Below, one piece after another: positions 61,001 through 64,000 of a stretch of DNA of 64,000 nt (its first letter is position 1; each line of letters opens with the position of its first letter). Source of the DNA: Antedon mediterranea. Lineage: Eukaryota; Animalia; Echinodermata. Both the position numbers and the translations under genes were made by a program. The notes beneath the pieces are model-generated. The model was given only the letters and a program-made list of their open reading frames with translations. It was not told where the DNA came from and ran no database searches. The DNA is taken from positions 186,001 to 250,000 of the forward strand of contig NC_092672.1 in assembly GCF_964355755.1 (NCBI RefSeq), written 5' to 3'.

Positions 61001-63707
61001 TTTCCAATCTTGGGCACTATTAGTCTTGTGGGCTTTGTTATAATGATAATCTTGATCTTTTGTTAGTCTTATGTAATCACTACTAATCGATTCAGGAAGT
61101 GAGCCTTTTATTCTCTTTGTTTTAAGGAGAGCATGGGTGTTACAGATGTTCTCGAATAAACATTTCCAAACTGACCAAGCAGTGTTAACATCAGAAACAC
61201 TTTTAATTTGATCCCAATTGGCAAATTTATTATCATTAATAAAGGCATTTGCATTAAAGTTTTTATAAGATCGCGATTTTATAACTTTAGGAGGGGCCTT
61301 TATTTTTTTATTTTTTTTTACGAACTAAATAAATTAAAGAATGGTCACTAAGACCTAGACTATGGACACCAGCAGAGGAGATATTTTGATTTGTAACAAA
61401 TATTAAATCTATTGTTGTTTTAGTAATTTCAGTTATCCTTGTAAAATCCTTTACAATTTGGTGTAGGCTACTTTGTTTTGCCAAATTATTAATTTTTCTT
61501 AGGTTAGTTTGTTTATTAATATCAAAATTAAAGTCTCCTAAAATTACAACATCCTCATATAGTGTGGTACATTGCTGGAACATCAAATCTAGTTTAGATA
61601 AATAGTCTGCATTTGCACTGGGTGGTCTATATACAGTTCCAGCTAGCATAGGTTTTGTACAGGGTAGATTAACTTCAACACAGAGAGCCTCAATATCATC
61701 ATGTTATGAGAGAATCAACTTTGGATTTTAAAGTTATTGGTACTGTAGTAGTAGAATAGTAGACTGCTATTTATTTGTTTGTCATTTTTACCATGATAGA
61801 GACAGACCTGAAGTGATCAAGAGTTTGCTGTCTTGTGGTGCTGATGCAAATCTTATTAACAACAGACTACAAACTGGTATTTACATTGCAGCTGGAAAAG
61901 GTTATCACAATTGCGTAGCAGAGTTTTTAGTGGAACATGTTCTGTGTGATCCAAACATGCAAGTAAGTTTAGTGAAATATATAAAATAAAAGTAAGCATC
62001 AAAATAATGGAATTGATGTATTAAGCAGATTCCTAATTGGATTTGTCTAATATAGTATCAGGGAAATATCACCCTGTACATAGTGAACTAATACTCTTAG
62101 TTTTCACATCTGCATAAATTGTTACCAACTTGTACCAATAATATTTTCAAACATGCATACGCGGACCTTGCGCTATTTGATTACTATGATTGGTCAGTTA
62201 ATACCAGGGCAATACATGCGCGCGCAGTAAGAACTCGGAACATCTCGGAACAAAAACACAGTCCTCTGTCCTTGAGATTTCACAGGGGACCCCTGTGAAA
62301 TCTCGAGAGAAAATTTTCTTCACGCTATGCAAACCTAGTTACAACTTGTAACAAGTTGTTACAATTTGCAGATGTGAATAGGGTATTAGCTTTATATAAT
62401 GCAACTAATAAGTATCATGAGTGTATTATTACTGCGAGGTGTTTTCTTGATTGATTGTAACATTAAAATGGTACTATCAATGAGTACTATTATAAAAGTA
62501 ATTGATTAGCATACATATTCATCATTGATAATTTTAACTTGTTTTATAAGGATGCAGATGGGGATACACCACTACATGTTGCCATTAACAAAAATCAAGA
62601 TAAAGTTATAGAAGTCATGCTGAAATCACCTAAGGTTGACATAAGTGTGAGCAATGGAAGAGGTTTTAATACCTTACAGTATGCTGCACTCAGAGGGTGC
62701 ACTAAGTAAGTACTAAGTCATGCTGAAATCACCTAAGGTTGACATAAGTGTGAGCAATGGAAGAGGTTTTAATACCTTACAGTATGCTGCACTCAGAGGG
62801 TGCACTAAGTAAGTACTAAGTCATGCTTAAATCACTTAAGGTTGACATAAGTGTGAGCAATGGAAGAGGTTTTAATACCTTACAGTATGCTGCACTCAGA
62901 GGGTGCACTAAGTAAGTACTAAGTCATGCTTAAATCACTTAAGGTTGACATAAGTGTGAGCAATGGAAAAGGTTTTAATACCTTACAGTATGCTGCACTC
63001 AGAGGGTGCACTAAGTAAGTACTAAGTCATGCTTAAATCACTTAAGGTTGACATAAGTGTGAGCAATGGAAGAGGTTTTAATACCTTACAGTATGCTGCA
63101 CTCAGGGGGTGCACTAAGTAAGTACTAAGTCTTGCTTAAATCACTTAAGGTTGACATTAGTGTAAGTGATGCTTAAATCATTAATTTTTGTACTTAAATT
63201 TTCCAGAGCGGTTGAACTTATTTTGTCGCAAACAGAAGGCAAACAATTAGTAAACAGTAAAAAGAAAGATGGCTTCACAGCTCTGCATGTTGCCGCTGTA
63301 AATGACCATGTAGAAGTTGCTAAACTTCTCATACAAAAGGTAACGATTTTAATTTGGTTTTTATTGATCTTATCATTTTGTATTACTTAGTTGGAATTGA
63401 AAACAATTCTAATGTCAAATGGCAGATACAGAATTAGTACTACCATTGCAAATTATCAACATACTCTCTTTCTTAACATGTGCAGGGTAAAGCAGATTTG
63501 GAAATTAAAAATAACAAAGGGGCAACACCATTAATGTGTGCTGTGGATGAATTTCATGTTAAAGTTGTTGGTGTGTTGGTTGAAGCAGGGTCAAATGTCA
63601 ACTGCACGGACAATGATGGTGATACGTGCCTACACAATTTAATGATAAAGAATACAATCAATGACCTGCAAGGGTCGTTGTCAGGTGAAGATGACATAAT
63701 GCGCTCA
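55010..63707 (+). CDS. Mind bomb-like paralog C: Mib-herc2, ZZ, degenerate Mib-herc2, one REP repeat, ankyrin repeats; continues beyond the window
   Basis: Exons 55010-55220 ([23 protein letters not shown]), 55392-55563 (ZZ), 55790-55887, 56097-56270, 57094-57266, 57599-57731, 58203-58345, 58674-58828, 61800-61962, 62551-62705, 63207-63339, 63486-63707; boundaries match paralog B. Confidence 0.88.
55977..56058. repeat. ~41-bp intronic tandem duplication
   Basis: actactagattaaatgagccattgaat(t)ggaat..ttcaaca occurs twice. Confidence 0.8.
56876..57035. mobile_element. ~160-bp palindromic MITE flanked by TA
   Basis: ctctgtctacactatcaaact ... agtttgatagtgtagacagag; a solo copy of this end occurs at ~47792-47818. 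Confidence 0.75.
57249..57330 (+). repeat. 48-bp duplication of an exon end plus donor (paralog C)
   Basis: aatgatgaaat(g/a)aaaaag|gtatgataata occurs twice. Confidence 0.8.
58031..58295 (+). repeat. ~137-bp duplication of an acceptor plus exon start (paralog C)
   Basis: taaaagaaagaataaatatgttgatgtata(ta)tag|gtatg...gcagcagctgccaaac occurs twice; the first copy has substitutions and runs into TAA. Confidence 0.9.
58977..61700 (-). mobile_element. 5'-truncated L2/CR1-group LINE (endonuclease plus RT, with stops and frameshifts) in a paralog C intron
   Basis: Endonuclease motifs VYRPPS, ILGDFN, SDH; RT motifs [37 protein letters not shown]; A-rich tail; candidate TSD ATGTTAT (58970-58976, 61701-61707). 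Confidence 0.9.
62089..62388. mobile_element. ~300-bp MITE
   Basis: Imperfect TIRs taatact..ttcacatctgca..aattgttaccaacttgt / acaagttgttacaatttgcagatgtgaatagggtatta; internal hairpin gagatttcacagggg-a-cccctgtgaaatctc. Confidence 0.7.
62612..63165 (+). repeat. 103-bp tandem array, 5 copies plus a partial copy: ankyrin exon end plus donor (paralog C)
   Basis: gtgcactaa|gtaagt donors at 62706, 62809, 62912, 63015 and 63118. Confidence 0.95.
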
Positions 63708-64000
63708 GTAAGCCATCATTTTATTTCTATATAATAGACAACATTTATTTTAAATTAAAACTTTTAGAATTGATTGTTACATGGGTTACAATGTCTATAC
63801 TTCAATTCACCCTTATAATTCTTCATTATCAGTATATTTCGGTATATTCAACTGCCACACTTTAGTGGCATTGTATATTTATATCCAATCTAACCTCAGC
63901 ATACTATAAAAACACCAGTGACAGTGACAACCAATCACACTGAGACATTTCCTTTGAATTGAATACTAACTATTTTACTCAATCAAAGTGTATGAATATT

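Overview
AT-rich animal genomic DNA with spliceosomal introns; an invertebrate, possibly echinoderm-like, though that is only an impression from the repeat types. I assembled four multi-exon genes by hand from GT/GC-AG junctions and reading phase. Three are Mind bomb (MIB1/MIB2)-like paralogs: A on the minus strand, 6213 to <15, running off the left edge; B on the plus strand, 8296-14088, complete; C on the plus strand, 55010 to >63707, running off the right edge. The fourth is a complete GIGYF1/2 orthologue (plus, 26455-48735). Introns and intergenic DNA hold hAT-type non-autonomous transposons, MITEs, tRNA-derived SINEs and truncated LINEs. Two results stand out. (1) The MIB paralogs are remodelled: B has no RING domains and ends in a K-Ras-like basic CaaX box ([11 protein letters not shown]), and the number of Mib (REP) repeats is 4, 1 and 1 instead of the canonical 2. 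(2) Exon-intron junctions are repeatedly tandem-duplicated: about nine arrays in three of the four genes, the largest being 92 in-frame copies of the GYF-exon splice donor. The very long ORFs in the track are by-products of these arrays. All coordinates were counted by eye and no database searches were run.
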